Source: a virus. From it: DNA of 44,568 nucleotides. Shown piece by piece: positions 34,404-44,485 of this stretch. The stretch is from the UHGV virus genome UHGV-0171754. The stretch is one strand, 5' to 3'. The translations under genes and the position numbers were made by a program. Positions within the stretch are counted from its first letter, which is position 1; each line of letters opens with the position of its first letter. Under the pieces are notes generated by a model. The model ran no database searches. It worked only from the letters and a program-made list of their open reading frames with translations, and was not told the origin of the DNA.

Positions 34404-34622
34404 ATGAAAACTTTAATTATGATTTGTGCGGTTCTTCTGTCGGGTTGTGCCAACATGCCGACTAAAGTCTGCGACGCGACATATGTTAATAGCGGCATGG
34501 AATACTCGGTCCCGGTGTTTGGGGTTGCCGACTTTAGTGGACACAAAATGATCAAGGCTGGGTATCCGTTCAACTTCCAGTATGTGTCGGTCGACCACTT
34601 CAAAAGCACAACCTGCAAATAA
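34404..34622 (+). CDS. Small lipoprotein (72 aa), opposite-strand insertion next to the tail fiber gene; candidate superinfection-exclusion protein
   Basis: Signal peptide with lipobox MKTLIMICAVLLSGC; AGGGGGA RBS; own promoter and terminator hairpin. Confidence 0.65.
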   Translation: MKTLIMICAVLLSGCANMPTKVCDATYVNSGMEYSVPVFGVADFSGHKMIKAGYPFNFQYVSVDHFKSTTCK

Positions 34623-34637
34623 GCCCCTTTCGGGGCT
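34622..34637 (+). terminator. Hairpin terminator after the lipoprotein gene
   Basis: Stem agcccc/ggggct with tttc loop, followed by ttcttc (weak T-run). Confidence 0.45.
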
Positions 34638-34641
34638 TTCT

Positions 34642-35316
34642 TCAATCATAATTGGCGGTGTTAATCGCCATAATCGCGTTGCCGTTGTTAGTATATCCCA
34701 CCACATCCCCCGTGGCGTTCCCCGACGACGCTGCCGATATACGCGTTCGCGACCCATCAAATCTGGCCCCCGTGAACGCCGTTACCGATATTACTTGCGG
34801 CTGGCCCTGCACAAAAAACCGGATCAGCGTAGACCCCAATATGCCCGGAGCGACGGCGTAGCTGCCGTTTAGCGTCTGGTCAATGTTAATCCCCCCGTTA
34901 GCGCCTGGCGATCCGACGGTAACTAAATCACTTAGTACGCGACTCTCATTAGTAAGCACTAGCTCCCCCGTCTTATCCCAAATAGCGAAGCCCCACCGCG
35001 GAAGGGTCTGTGGGAATATAGCAAAGATGTAAGCCGTCATCGTGAAGCCCTGCCCGAATGGATTGCTGGCGCTCACCTTCACCACATTACCAACGCGAGA
35101 AGACCCTACGACGGTCGGCTGGGCGGTGTGCGTAGTTTTCACAAACGCTATTGCAGGGTAGTCACCACCCAAATTAATATCGGCAGCCGCCGACTGCGCA
35201 GTGCCGTTAGCCGAAGACCCGACAACCACACGGCGGAATAGACAAAACGGCGTCGATTCAGGCGTGATAAACGGGTTGCCGTTTGGTAAGTCAATCAACG
35301 CGCCGTAATTAGCCAT
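34642..35316 (-). CDS. Hypothetical tail-associated protein (224 aa)
   Basis: Position between the J-like tip protein and the tail fiber; Gly/Ser/Thr/Asn-rich. Confidence 0.5.
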   Translation of the reverse strand: MANYGALIDLPNGNPFITPESTPFCLFRRVVVGSSANGTAQSAAADINLGGDYPAIAFVKTTHTAQPTVVGSSRVGNVVKVSASNPFGQGFTMTAYIFAIFPQTLPRWGFAIWDKTGELVLTNESRVLSDLVTVGSPGANGGINIDQTLNGSYAVAPGILGSTLIRFFVQGQPQVISVTAFTGARFDGSRTRISAASSGNATGDVVGYTNNGNAIMAINTANYD

Positions 35317-35618
35317 TATGCTCGCTCCACAAAAACAATAACGTCACATTCAGATGCGGAGTAAACCCCGCCACCTACCTCACTTGCCGCGGAAACCGTT
35401 ATAGTGTTCCCGCTGGCGGTTATTCTGCGGCCTGGCCCGACCGCGCCTTTATCCAGTGCGACCACGTATCCGACCTTCATCCCCGCCGGTACCGGGAAGG
35501 ACCATGCGCCTGATTTTTGTCCTTCCGCAAGATGAATCCTTCCGATAACCGATACCGGTTTAATCCCATAGTTGTTCGGTCGCCCTTGTGCGTCCCATGT
35601 TGCTATTCCGAAAGCCAT
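35316..35618 (-). CDS. Hypothetical tail-associated protein (100 aa)
   Basis: Start after a terminator; stop overlaps downstream ATG. Confidence 0.45.
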   Translation of the reverse strand: MAFGIATWDAQGRPNNYGIKPVSVIGRIHLAEGQKSGAWSFPVPAGMKVGYVVALDKGAVGPGRRITASGNTITVSAASEVGGGVYSASECDVIVFVERA

Positions 35619-35635
35619 AAATAACCTCGTTAAAA

Positions 35636-35651
35636 AGGGGCCGAAGCCCCT
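35636..35651 (-). terminator. Intrinsic terminator after the J-like gene
   Basis: Stem aggggc/gcccct with cgaa loop, T-run on minus strand. Confidence 0.55.
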
Positions 35652-35654
35652 ATA

Positions 35655-38600
35655 CTACCAGCGACCAGTAAGCTCGCCAATTTGCACGCGTAAAACACCG
35701 TTCGCGTCTTTAACGCTGTAGTTGGTGTTGGTCTGCTTTGTACCACCACCGCTTCCAGTCCCCAGGTTGATAAACGTTCCATCTTTCCCTAAGCGCCAGC
35801 CGCGCGTGCTGCCGTCGTAGTTATTCGATTGCAGCGTGTCTGTGATCTGCGCGAAGTTAATGGACGCATTCTTGATGCGGGCGGTGTCGATGTACACCTG
35901 ACCACCGTCAACGATAAACGCGGACGAAAGCGACCCGTTAGATGGGTGCATGATGTAGAACTGGTCCGCTTTGAATGCGATGCGGGATTTAACCGCGCCG
36001 CCTTCCGCCACGACGGAAAGCTGCATACCGGCATCGTAGTAAGTCCCGTTATACGTCACCCCAGCCTTAAGGCTATACGTGGCACTACCACCAGAGTGGT
36101 TAAACGAGGACGTCATCTTCTGCTCTATAGCGGCGGACTGCTGACCGAACTGTGTCGCGACCTGGGTCTTATATTCTGCCAGCGCTCCAGCCACGTCTGC
36201 GGTTGCCGTTTGTACCTGCTGGATGGCGGCTTCCTGTTCCCCGAACTTAGCGGCAACAGTTTGCTGATACTGGGCGAACGCTTGTTCCTGTGTGCTCTGC
36301 GCGGTCTGCAACGTGTGGATTGCCGCTTCAGCATCATCAAGGCGAGTACCGATCAACGTTTCCAGTTGCGCTACCGCCTGGTGGGCATCTGCCGCCACGT
36401 TATACGCCACCGTGATTTCCGCATAAATCCCTTTATACTCGGCGCGGGCGTTAAACAACTGCTGCGCGTCGGTGAGCATAGCCTCGTAAATACCCTGCGG
36501 GATCGTGTTGATTGCTTCCTGGAAGCGTTTACCATCCTCGGAAGTCAAGAACTCGTCATCAAGCCCCTTCATGTACTCGTCAACTTTGTCACTCACCTGC
36601 CCTTCAAACGGGGCCGACCAGTCCGACAGGTTGCCGATTTTATCCGTCACACGGGCGCGCAACTGCTGGTAAATTCCGAACTCCAGCGATGTTTGCGCAT
36701 ACTCCGCCCCTGGATATGGGACGTTGGTAAGGAATTTCCATTCAGTCTCACCGGTCTTGCGCACTTCAAGCTCGGTGTATGAGATATCCGTAGCGGCGTT
36801 GTTGTGGTTCCACTTCCATAGAATCTGGTGTAGGCCCGAAATCGCGTTGGTGATTATTGGTGCGTTAAGCCCACCGAGACGACCTTCCACCGGCGTGATC
36901 GCGGATGATACCCACGGAGATGAAATCTCGCCCATACCGATCGCACGGACGCGTGCCTGGTAGTTACCGGAGAACACGTTAGGAATGTGCGCGCCATTCG
37001 ACGCCGTGCGCGGGATATTCACCCAGTCGTTACCCCACTGGATTTCCATATTCTGTAAGCTGGTGCGCCGCCACTGTATTTCATACACCACGGCGTCCTT
37101 CACCGGAGGGAAAACAATATCCACGTTGGTGATTAGCTGGCCTTGCGATGAAATCTGCGACGGGGTTATGGTCACTGATTCCGGCCCCTTCATTACGCCG
37201 TCAGGCACTTGAGTAAAGATGCCCGGATCAAGGCGCGCGCCATTATCAACGGCATCATATTTGCTATCGTTGTATTCAATCCCGCGCACCGAGAAAGTGC
37301 TGGTAGAGTCGTCATACTCAAGGTCGGTGATGCGGAATTTCTGCAACTGGATATCGTCACCATCAACGCAAAACGGCTGGTCAGGAATAGGGTTGGCGTC
37401 CAGTGCGGTTTTTAACGTTACCTTGTTGCCGTTGACGCTGGCGATCTCGCGAGTCTCAACATTTCCGCTATCGGTGCGTACAAGGAACTTATCGCCAGGA
37501 CGGAACGTGATTTCGCTATCCGTGTTCAGCACGGTACGCGTGCCCGGGTCTGACAACAGTCGACCGCCGCGCGTCTCAAAACCGCCAGAAATGTTTGTAT
37601 CGGCGATCGCGACTACGCTACCCGGAATAAAGAATAACCCTTCCATGCCAACCTTAAAGCTAACTTGCTGGTCAAGCTGGTTGGAAATTAGCGCCCAGTG
37701 CCCGCGGCGTTGCGCTTCAGATTCACGCGTACAGCCGATCGCCGTAATATCAAGACGGTTAATCTTATGGCGGCGTACAAGTTCGACGCGCTGCCCCGTT
37801 GCGATGGCATCTTCATAGTGGTTCTTCGGGTTGCCGTATGCTACCGCAAATGTGGAATAGCGAGTTTTCTGGCTGCCAGATGCGTAGTCGAATCGACCAT
37901 CAATTACCGAGGCGTTGGTGATAGTGTGCGACACTGCTGCGACCGGTTGGTCACTGACAATATTCAACATCTGGTTGCCCCACCAGGTCATTCCAGCGAA
38001 GATGGCGGCTAAATCCTTAAGCACGGTCCAGGCATCCGTCTGTGACTGAATGTACATATCATTCTTAAAGCGGATTTCTCGACCACCGTTGCCGTCGCTG
38101 ACCAACTGATCGCAGCGCTGCGCAATCTGGTAGAGCGCGTATCGGTTTAGCATTTGCGGTTTGATACGCCGACCGAGGCCGAAGCGCTCAGTAATACAAA
38201 TATCGTACCAGTGCCACGCAGGGTTATCAGTCCATGCGCGTTTAAACGTGCCGTCCCAGTCCCCGGAATAGGTATGATTGATCGGGTCGTAGTTGTTAGG
38301 TATTAGAACTTTGCGGCCTTTGCACTTGATGGACACGCGCGGGATGTTCTGGAACGCTTTGGCGTCGAACTCCACAAACAACAGCGCGGTTAGCGGGTAA
38401 CGCAGGCGGGCGTCAATAATCTCAGTGATGGACTGCACCCGGATATCATTAACCACTTTCGCCGATGTGGGGTCTGCCGTTATGCGGTGCACCTCCACGC
38501 GCCAGCCGGTGTTAACGTTCGGAGGTAATTCGATGCGGTGGTCGCGCTCATATAGCGACATTGTTTTACCAACGGCGGCGAATCTGAACTCACGCGGGTC

Positions 38601-39074
38601 GGCGTTATCCGTATACACAACTATCTTATAGTCGATGCGCCCGCCCACCAGGTCGCCATTATCTTCGTTAGTGTACAGGGCTGGAATACCGATGCGAATG
38701 CGAACAGCGTCCAGACTGGTATCGTTAATCTGGCGCACCCACGGCGTGCCGTTTTCCAGTTTTACGCCGACAGATTGCTCACTTTCCACCGCCGAAAATC
38801 CGTGGATCACATCCTGGTGCTGTGTGCCGGGGCGGAACTCCACCCGCGCTCCAGGGAAGTTTTCGGACAGGTCAGCATTCTGGATCGGCGTTCCATCCAG
38901 ATATACACGCTGCCGCAATTCGCTGGCGCTGGTAATACTTTCGAATTCACCCTCGCCCAGTGCAAGCAAGATGCGGATTTTAGCCAGCGAATGCAGGCTA
39001 TCGGGCGTCTCCTGTGGGGTGTGCTGTTTGCCGCCTCCGCCTTTATGCCCTGTGACGTCGTAGATAATCGTCAT
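35655..39074 (-). CDS. Tail tip / host-specificity protein (lambda gpJ-like central fiber)
   Basis: 1139 aa; N-terminus GGGGKQHTPQETPDSLHSLAKIRILLALGEGEFE resembles the gpJ N-terminus; position after the I-like gene. Confidence 0.8.
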   Translation of the reverse strand: MTIIYDVTGHKGGGGKQHTPQETPDSLHSLAKIRILLALGEGEFESITSASELRQRVYLDGTPIQNADLSENFPGARVEFRPGTQHQDVIHGFSAVESEQSVGVKLENGTPWVRQINDTSLDAVRIRIGIPALYTNEDNGDLVGGRIDYKIVVYTDNADPREFRFAAVGKTMSLYERDHRIELPPNVNTGWRVEVHRITADPTSAKVVNDIRVQSITEIIDARLRYPLTALLFVEFDAKAFQNIPRVSIKCKGRKVLIPNNYDPINHTYSGDWDGTFKRAWTDNPAWHWYDICITERFGLGRRIKPQMLNRYALYQIAQRCDQLVSDGNGGREIRFKNDMYIQSQTDAWTVLKDLAAIFAGMTWWGNQMLNIVSDQPVAAVSHTITNASVIDGRFDYASGSQKTRYSTFAVAYGNPKNHYEDAIATGQRVELVRRHKINRLDITAIGCTRESEAQRRGHWALISNQLDQQVSFKVGMEGLFFIPGSVVAIADTNISGGFETRGGRLLSDPGTRTVLNTDSEITFRPGDKFLVRTDSGNVETREIASVNGNKVTLKTALDANPIPDQPFCVDGDDIQLQKFRITDLEYDDSTSTFSVRGIEYNDSKYDAVDNGARLDPGIFTQVPDGVMKGPESVTITPSQISSQGQLITNVDIVFPPVKDAVVYEIQWRRTSLQNMEIQWGNDWVNIPRTASNGAHIPNVFSGNYQARVRAIGMGEISSPWVSSAITPVEGRLGGLNAPIITNAISGLHQILWKWNHNNAATDISYTELEVRKTGETEWKFLTNVPYPGAEYAQTSLEFGIYQQLRARVTDKIGNLSDWSAPFEGQVSDKVDEYMKGLDDEFLTSEDGKRFQEAINTIPQGIYEAMLTDAQQLFNARAEYKGIYAEITVAYNVAADAHQAVAQLETLIGTRLDDAEAAIHTLQTAQSTQEQAFAQYQQTVAAKFGEQEAAIQQVQTATADVAGALAEYKTQVATQFGQQSAAIEQKMTSSFNHSGGSATYSLKAGVTYNGTYYDAGMQLSVVAEGGAVKSRIAFKADQFYIMHPSNGSLSSAFIVDGGQVYIDTARIKNASINFAQITDTLQSNNYDGSTRGWRLGKDGTFINLGTGSGGGTKQTNTNYSVKDANGVLRVQIGELTGRW

Positions 39075-39688
39075 TCGTTCAAGTCCTCGGTTACGATTCC
39101 GGCTGAAATAATAGCGCCGCCGATCTCACGCTCGCCCCATAATACACCAAGCGCCGTGCCTTGCGCGGTCGTGTTTACAGGCCCGCCGAACGCGTACGAC
39201 GCTTTGTTATCCACGTCCTGCCTTGTCTGCAATCCTTTCGGTTGCGGCGATAGCAATTGCATAACGCCACCCAGCGCCATCGACATCCCGAACGAAAACG
39301 TCGCCGTCCCGATAGCGGCAGCGGTCGCCGCCGAAGCCCCGAAAGCGGCAGTAGCAAGCCCGCCAGTATAGAACGACGCCACTACGATCGCGACACCCGC
39401 CAGCAATTGACCCAATCCTCTTTTTGCGCCAGTCATAACCGGCGCGATGGTAACGACGCGGTTGCCGTGGAACTCGCCAAGCTCATCATAACCGGTCATT
39501 GTGTGATTACCCTTGCGCACCTTGAACATCATGTTGTCCAGGTGGGCGGACATTAAAAAGTCTTGTAACCCTGGCAACTTCACACACAAGCCGGTGATTC
39601 CTTCGCCCGGTGTGAAGCAGTCCAGCTTATGCACTTTACCGAATCGACGCCCTAAGACGCCGTACAATTTAAACGTTGTCATTGCCAT
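39071..39688 (-). CDS. Tail assembly protein (gpI-like)
   Basis: 205 aa; Gly/Ala-rich hydrophobic C-terminal half; position between K-like and J-like genes. Confidence 0.65.
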   Translation of the reverse strand: MAMTTFKLYGVLGRRFGKVHKLDCFTPGEGITGLCVKLPGLQDFLMSAHLDNMMFKVRKGNHTMTGYDELGEFHGNRVVTIAPVMTGAKRGLGQLLAGVAIVVASFYTGGLATAAFGASAATAAAIGTATFSFGMSMALGGVMQLLSPQPKGLQTRQDVDNKASYAFGGPVNTTAQGTALGVLWGEREIGGAIISAGIVTEDLNE

Positions 39689-40419
39689 TCTGTGATATTC
39701 CCCGGTAGGTCTTTATGACGGACCCATTTAACCACATTGTCGCGGAAAAATCCTGCCCGGAAGGGGACCACGCTCGACAGACTGCCGTAGATATGGTGTA
39801 GGAGTTGGTTGCCAGGAAGGAATATCCCGGCGTGGTTAGGCACTGGCGCGCTAATCTGCATGATGACCATCGCCCCCGGCGTATTCTCCTCGCATTCCCT
39901 GAAGCCAGCGCCGTACCAGTTATCCATATACAGATTTTCGCCTGTCTCCCACCAATTATACGGCACGCGGAAGTCTGGCAGGTTTACACCCTGCTTTTTG
40001 TGCCATGCCATTACGAGGCCATAGCAATCCGTAATTCCGAGGACAAATCGGCGACCTACCAGCGGCGGGTCTTCCGGGTCAATCTCAATAAAGTCGCCAT
40101 ATTCGTTAGTGATGGTCCACACTACGCCGCTGCCGTTGCATCCGTTAACGTCGCCCAGTGAGGGGGTTAACTCGCGCTGACCCGGGTGTGAGTGGACTAC
40201 GCGCACGACGTCGCCCATATCCTCGGCATCCATCCAGGCCATATCACTAATCGTAAAAGCGTCTTTGCGGGAGCGCACGCCGGTCGGGTCTTCGAATACG
40301 TTCAGACATGGGACGAACACTTGCTTACGACCCACCATGACAACCAGGCCACAGGCTTCTTCCGGCAGACACGCCGCGACGTGTGCGGCGATATCGCTTT
40401 TAACCTTTTTCGTTAACAT
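39679..40419 (-). CDS. Tail tip assembly protein (gpK-like, JAB/MPN plus NlpC/P60-like)
   Basis: 246 aa; HSHPG-containing segment VVRVVHSHPG and conserved Cys/His downstream. Confidence 0.7.
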   Translation of the reverse strand: MLTKKVKSDIAAHVAACLPEEACGLVVMVGRKQVFVPCLNVFEDPTGVRSRKDAFTISDMAWMDAEDMGDVVRVVHSHPGQRELTPSLGDVNGCNGSGVVWTITNEYGDFIEIDPEDPPLVGRRFVLGITDCYGLVMAWHKKQGVNLPDFRVPYNWWETGENLYMDNWYGAGFRECEENTPGAMVIMQISAPVPNHAGIFLPGNQLLHHIYGSLSSVVPFRAGFFRDNVVKWVRHKDLPGNITEWQ

Positions 40420-40421
40420 AA

Positions 40422-41210
40422 CTACCCCTTAATTAATCTGGACCCCGGAAAGCCGCCGAAGTCCAGCACAGCCGCTTTAGGGTCCGCAAGCCCTTGCCCA
40501 AATCGAAGATAACAGTCTGACAAACAGCCGCCGCATCGGTCCATGTTCATCGCGATGACTTCATTACCTCGCTCGTCATAATACTTTATACCAGGCTTCG
40601 CAAGGTTCCAGGTGCACCCGTCCCCGCTGGCGTACTTCCCGTTGAGCGCCCACTCGCACATATTCATGATTTGGCGACGTGGAACGACCTGCCCTTCCAT
40701 ATCCGCAGGCGAGGATAGTGCGAAGGTAATTTGCTTGCCCGGATTTCGGCCCACCTGGGAGTCGATGTAATACTCCTGAACTCGTTTCTGCGTCGGATCT
40801 GGATCTGTCCCGTTATCCAGGAACTTCGCGAACGTATCAATGATCTCAACCTTCGCGCCAAGTAGCTGGTCGTGGTTCAGCGACAGCCGGGTTATTATGC
40901 CGCCAATATCGACGATTGTTAGTTGCGGTTCTGCTGCCGTCGATGTGGAGAAGTTAAGGCCGGACAAATCGAAGGGCCAAAATTCGAACTCCTGCCCGCC
41001 GAAGAAGATTGATTTAGGTTTTAGCTTATCCTCGTCACCACCGGCGGCAGCAATATCCTCGGCAGTGTGCGGAATAAAGCAGTAGTGAAAATAGTGATGC
41101 CCCGCTCCGATCGCGCCGTCGCCTGGTTCCACGTCCTGAGCGTCAATGTGAATAAGGCGAACGCGTCCTGATGGGTCAAAGCGCGTCGCTTCACGATAGA
41201 GTTTATTCAT
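40422..41210 (-). CDS. Minor tail protein (gpL-like)
   Basis: 262 aa; C-terminal Cys cluster CGGCLSDC as in lambda gpL; position between M-like and K-like genes. Confidence 0.7.
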   Translation of the reverse strand: MNKLYREATRFDPSGRVRLIHIDAQDVEPGDGAIGAGHHYFHYCFIPHTAEDIAAAGGDEDKLKPKSIFFGGQEFEFWPFDLSGLNFSTSTAAEPQLTIVDIGGIITRLSLNHDQLLGAKVEIIDTFAKFLDNGTDPDPTQKRVQEYYIDSQVGRNPGKQITFALSSPADMEGQVVPRRQIMNMCEWALNGKYASGDGCTWNLAKPGIKYYDERGNEVIAMNMDRCGGCLSDCYLRFGQGLADPKAAVLDFGGFPGSRLIKG

Positions 41211-41806
41211 CTTACGAATCCAATAGCAGTCTTAAGGGTGGCGGATACCGTTGCCGTGTAGTGCCCGTTGTCCGTGTACGACAAGCTCGAACGCTCGACC
41301 ACGAATAAACCTGTTTCGCCATCCGGCGCGGTGACGACAAACGGTTTTACGAAGTGACCGCGAAGGAAGTTGTAAACCAGTTTGGGGTCGCACCACTTGT
41401 CAGTAGTCAGTCCGATGAATTGCATGGGGAACTGTTTCGTCTCGGCGTTCGGGCCGTCTGCGATGTTCTGACCGTAACCGTTACCAAATTGCAATTCCTC
41501 GGACCGGAAAGACAACTGCACGTCTCCGCCGCCTTGCAATTGCATGTGCCAGTAATAGGGCCATTCGTTTGATCGCGGGTCGTGTGCTTCGATTAGCTCA
41601 TATGCCGCACCGGATTTCGTTGGCCCAGCCCAGTTATCTTTCAGAGTAATGACCGTGTTCGAGTTGAATGCCGCAATTTTGCCGGTGTAGTCGTTGCCGT
41701 CGATGCGGGCGAATACGAGTACCTTCCCGATCTCGCTAAGGAACGCCGTTCCCGCGCCCGTGACGGTCTTACTTCCTTTCGTTAGTGTGATTGTACCTTG
41801 TGACAT
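41207..41806 (-). CDS. Minor tail protein (gpM-like)
   Basis: 199 aa; immediately downstream of the tape measure gene, overlapping the L-like start. Confidence 0.55.
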   Translation of the reverse strand: MSQGTITLTKGSKTVTGAGTAFLSEIGKVLVFARIDGNDYTGKIAAFNSNTVITLKDNWAGPTKSGAAYELIEAHDPRSNEWPYYWHMQLQGGGDVQLSFRSEELQFGNGYGQNIADGPNAETKQFPMQFIGLTTDKWCDPKLVYNFLRGHFVKPFVVTAPDGETGLFVVERSSLSYTDNGHYTATVSATLKTAIGFVR

Positions 41807-41840
41807 AAAAAAGCCCCCACGATGGATGTGAGGGCCATTT
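41805..41840 (-). terminator. Imperfect hairpin terminator/attenuator after the tape measure gene
   Basis: Stem gcccccac/gtgagggc (one mismatch), T6 on minus strand. Confidence 0.45.
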
Positions 41841-41842
41841 TA

Positions 41843-44485
41843 TCATCGTTTATAAAGTACACCACCCGGTTTCGTCGCCTTCACGATCTCGGCCTTCACC
41901 GCCTCGGTGATTTGCTTGCCGAACGCCTGCGCGGTACGGGGGTCCGGCCCGCTGACACTGGTATCCGTTTTACCAGTCCCCGTGTAAACGTTGGTCGTCA
42001 CGACCATACCACCGCCTGCTCCCGACGCGGCAACGCCAAGTTTACCGTCCGGCCCGCGCTTCAGTGGCATGATGGCCTCTGGCCCAGCCTCACCCATCAA
42101 TCCCGCGCCCTTAGCGAACGCCTGAACGCCATAACTGAAAAAGGTAGGCTGGCTTACCACTTTCCCCGAATAGGCCGCGAGATTGCCTCCTGCGTACGCT
42201 CCTCCGTCCGCATTCTTAGTTAGGCCAGAGAAGATAGCGCCGAACAATCCGTTTTTGCCGCCATCGCCACCGAAAGCGCTAACAATGGACTTGAATGCCT
42301 GCGATGTAGCCAGCTTGATTAATTCGCTCAGGATGGACTTAACCATATCCTTTGCGTTCAGCTTGCCAGTCTCGAAAAACTCGTTCATCGTGTCTTGCAT
42401 AGCGCCGAACGTGAATTTTGTGAGTGACGCCATCTGCGTATATCCGTTACCCATATCATCCACGCTATCCTTAAGCCCGCGACTGAATCCATCCCATAAC
42501 GAGGCGTTAGCGCCGGTCTGTGCTTCCTGCACTTCTCGCAGCTTAGACACCGCCTTGTCAATATCGGTATCGTTAGCGCCAACCCGCTTCAGGCGGTCAA
42601 TTAGCTGCAATTCTTCGCGCAGGTTTGCCGCTTCGCGAGTGGAAAGCGCATACCCCGCGGCGGTGGCTTTAAGTTCGGCGTTCTGGTTCTTAACGAAGGC
42701 ATCGATCTGCGCGTGCGCCTTAACCTGCTGCTCTTTCGCATCCAGCAATTTGGCTTCTTCGACGATCTGCTCGCGGACTTCCTTCACGCGCCCGAACTCG
42801 ACTAATTGCTGCTTTTCTGCTGCCGTTAGCGCTCTTTCTTTGCTCGCAGCGATTAACTGCTCATTGTCGGCGATCAGCTTGTTTAAGGCCGCTTGAGCGC
42901 GTTGCGTGCGGGTCTGCGTAGACGCGTTGGCTTCGATCTGCTTGCCGGATTCTCGAAGCTGGGCCAGTTCGCTCCGTGCGACTTCCAGCATTTTCATACC
43001 GGCATCCACGCGAACAGCCGCGGCCTTTTTCGGGGCTGGGTCTTTGTACCGCTCGTTGACCTGCTTAACCGCCTCGGCTAGTTCTTTCTCATCAATAACG
43101 CCGCGCTTATTCAGCAAATTGAGGCGGGCGATCTCGTCGGCGCGCTTCTTAGCGTTGGTGGCGTATTCCTTCTCGAACGCGGCGCGGTCACGGGCAGTGC
43201 GGTTGGCCTCCTCGTTCGCCTTTGCGGATTCGTCTGCGGCGCGGGCGTTGTCTCGCTCAGCACGGTTCCGCAGGGTGAGCGACGCCACCACTTTTTCCTG
43301 GGCGACCAGTTCGCTGTAAAGCATGTTAATACGTGCTTTCTGCGCTTCAGTCATTACCCCACCGGCAGCGTTTACCGCTTTCATCTCGGCATAATAAGCC
43401 GTGGTCATGCGCTGCAAGGACTCACGCGCTTTCATCTCGGACTCATTCGAGGACTGCGCGCGGCCCACATCCAGGATTGCATCCCACATAGATTTAGCTG
43501 CCGATGTGACGACGTTCATCGACCGCTCAAGCGTACCCATGTTGGACTTGATTTCATTGGTCATGCTGGTGAACGACGCAGCGGCTGTTTTGTTAGCCAA
43601 CGCAACTGCGTCTGTCTCACGACCCGCATCAACGAGCGACTGTACCTGCTGGATCTGCGCTTCGTTTACGACGTGATACTTATCCGCCAGCGCACGCAGT
43701 CCACCAACGGGGTCGGTTGACAGCTTCGCCACAGCCGCTACCACATCCTCGATCGGCTGGCTGGACACCTTCGCAAAGTCATTAACTACCTTAGCCAATG
43801 CGCCGAAGTCACCGCCCGCTTTCACACCCGCCGCCGCCAGCGCCTGGATTGTGTCACGCGTCTTGCGAAATGACCCGCCCATGCGCTCGGCGTTCTCGGA
43901 CAGCACCAGGATCTGGTTAGCGGTGAGGCCTGAAATATTACCGGACAGCGCCAGCGTCTTATTAAGCGCGGCGACCTGGTTCTCTGCCCGTGACGCGATT
44001 GCCACGCCCACGCCTAACGTCGCCGTTAATGCAGCGATGCCGATCCCTAACGGGCCGAGTGTGCCGACGACATAACGCAGCGTGTTTCCCAGTCCGCCAA
44101 ACGCCCCAGTAAGCTGCGGTAGCTGCTGAAGCATAACGCGGTGCACCGGCATACCCATCTCAAGCGTAACCGCGATATCCTGTAACTGGAATGCGGCATT
44201 CCGCGATGCGAATCCCAGGTTTTTGGTCGACATGCCTAATCGGCTGGCTAGTCGCTCCTGTTTCGTCATGCCGTCGGCGGCGCGCTGCGATTCAGTCGCT
44301 AACTTTTCCATTCCGCCCGCGGCGTCGCCAGTAACCTTTTTCGACTTACCGAGGGTGTCGTTTAATTTTTTGACTTTCTGTTCTGTGTTCTCGGATTTCT
44401 GCGCAAATGTGTCCAGCACAGTATTCGCCGTTTTAATTTGCGCGACGTCCGCCTTGAGCGTGATGCCCGCTGCCTGATCTGCCAT
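41843..44485 (-). CDS. Tail tape measure protein
   Basis: 880 aa; long Ala/Gln/Lys/Glu-rich helical centre; AAAAGGGGGA RBS; position after the G/GT chaperone and before M/L/K/I/J. Confidence 0.85.
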   Translation of the reverse strand: MADQAAGITLKADVAQIKTANTVLDTFAQKSENTEQKVKKLNDTLGKSKKVTGDAAGGMEKLATESQRAADGMTKQERLASRLGMSTKNLGFASRNAAFQLQDIAVTLEMGMPVHRVMLQQLPQLTGAFGGLGNTLRYVVGTLGPLGIGIAALTATLGVGVAIASRAENQVAALNKTLALSGNISGLTANQILVLSENAERMGGSFRKTRDTIQALAAAGVKAGGDFGALAKVVNDFAKVSSQPIEDVVAAVAKLSTDPVGGLRALADKYHVVNEAQIQQVQSLVDAGRETDAVALANKTAAASFTSMTNEIKSNMGTLERSMNVVTSAAKSMWDAILDVGRAQSSNESEMKARESLQRMTTAYYAEMKAVNAAGGVMTEAQKARINMLYSELVAQEKVVASLTLRNRAERDNARAADESAKANEEANRTARDRAAFEKEYATNAKKRADEIARLNLLNKRGVIDEKELAEAVKQVNERYKDPAPKKAAAVRVDAGMKMLEVARSELAQLRESGKQIEANASTQTRTQRAQAALNKLIADNEQLIAASKERALTAAEKQQLVEFGRVKEVREQIVEEAKLLDAKEQQVKAHAQIDAFVKNQNAELKATAAGYALSTREAANLREELQLIDRLKRVGANDTDIDKAVSKLREVQEAQTGANASLWDGFSRGLKDSVDDMGNGYTQMASLTKFTFGAMQDTMNEFFETGKLNAKDMVKSILSELIKLATSQAFKSIVSAFGGDGGKNGLFGAIFSGLTKNADGGAYAGGNLAAYSGKVVSQPTFFSYGVQAFAKGAGLMGEAGPEAIMPLKRGPDGKLGVAASGAGGGMVVTTNVYTGTGKTDTSVSGPDPRTAQAFGKQITEAVKAEIVKATKPGGVLYKR

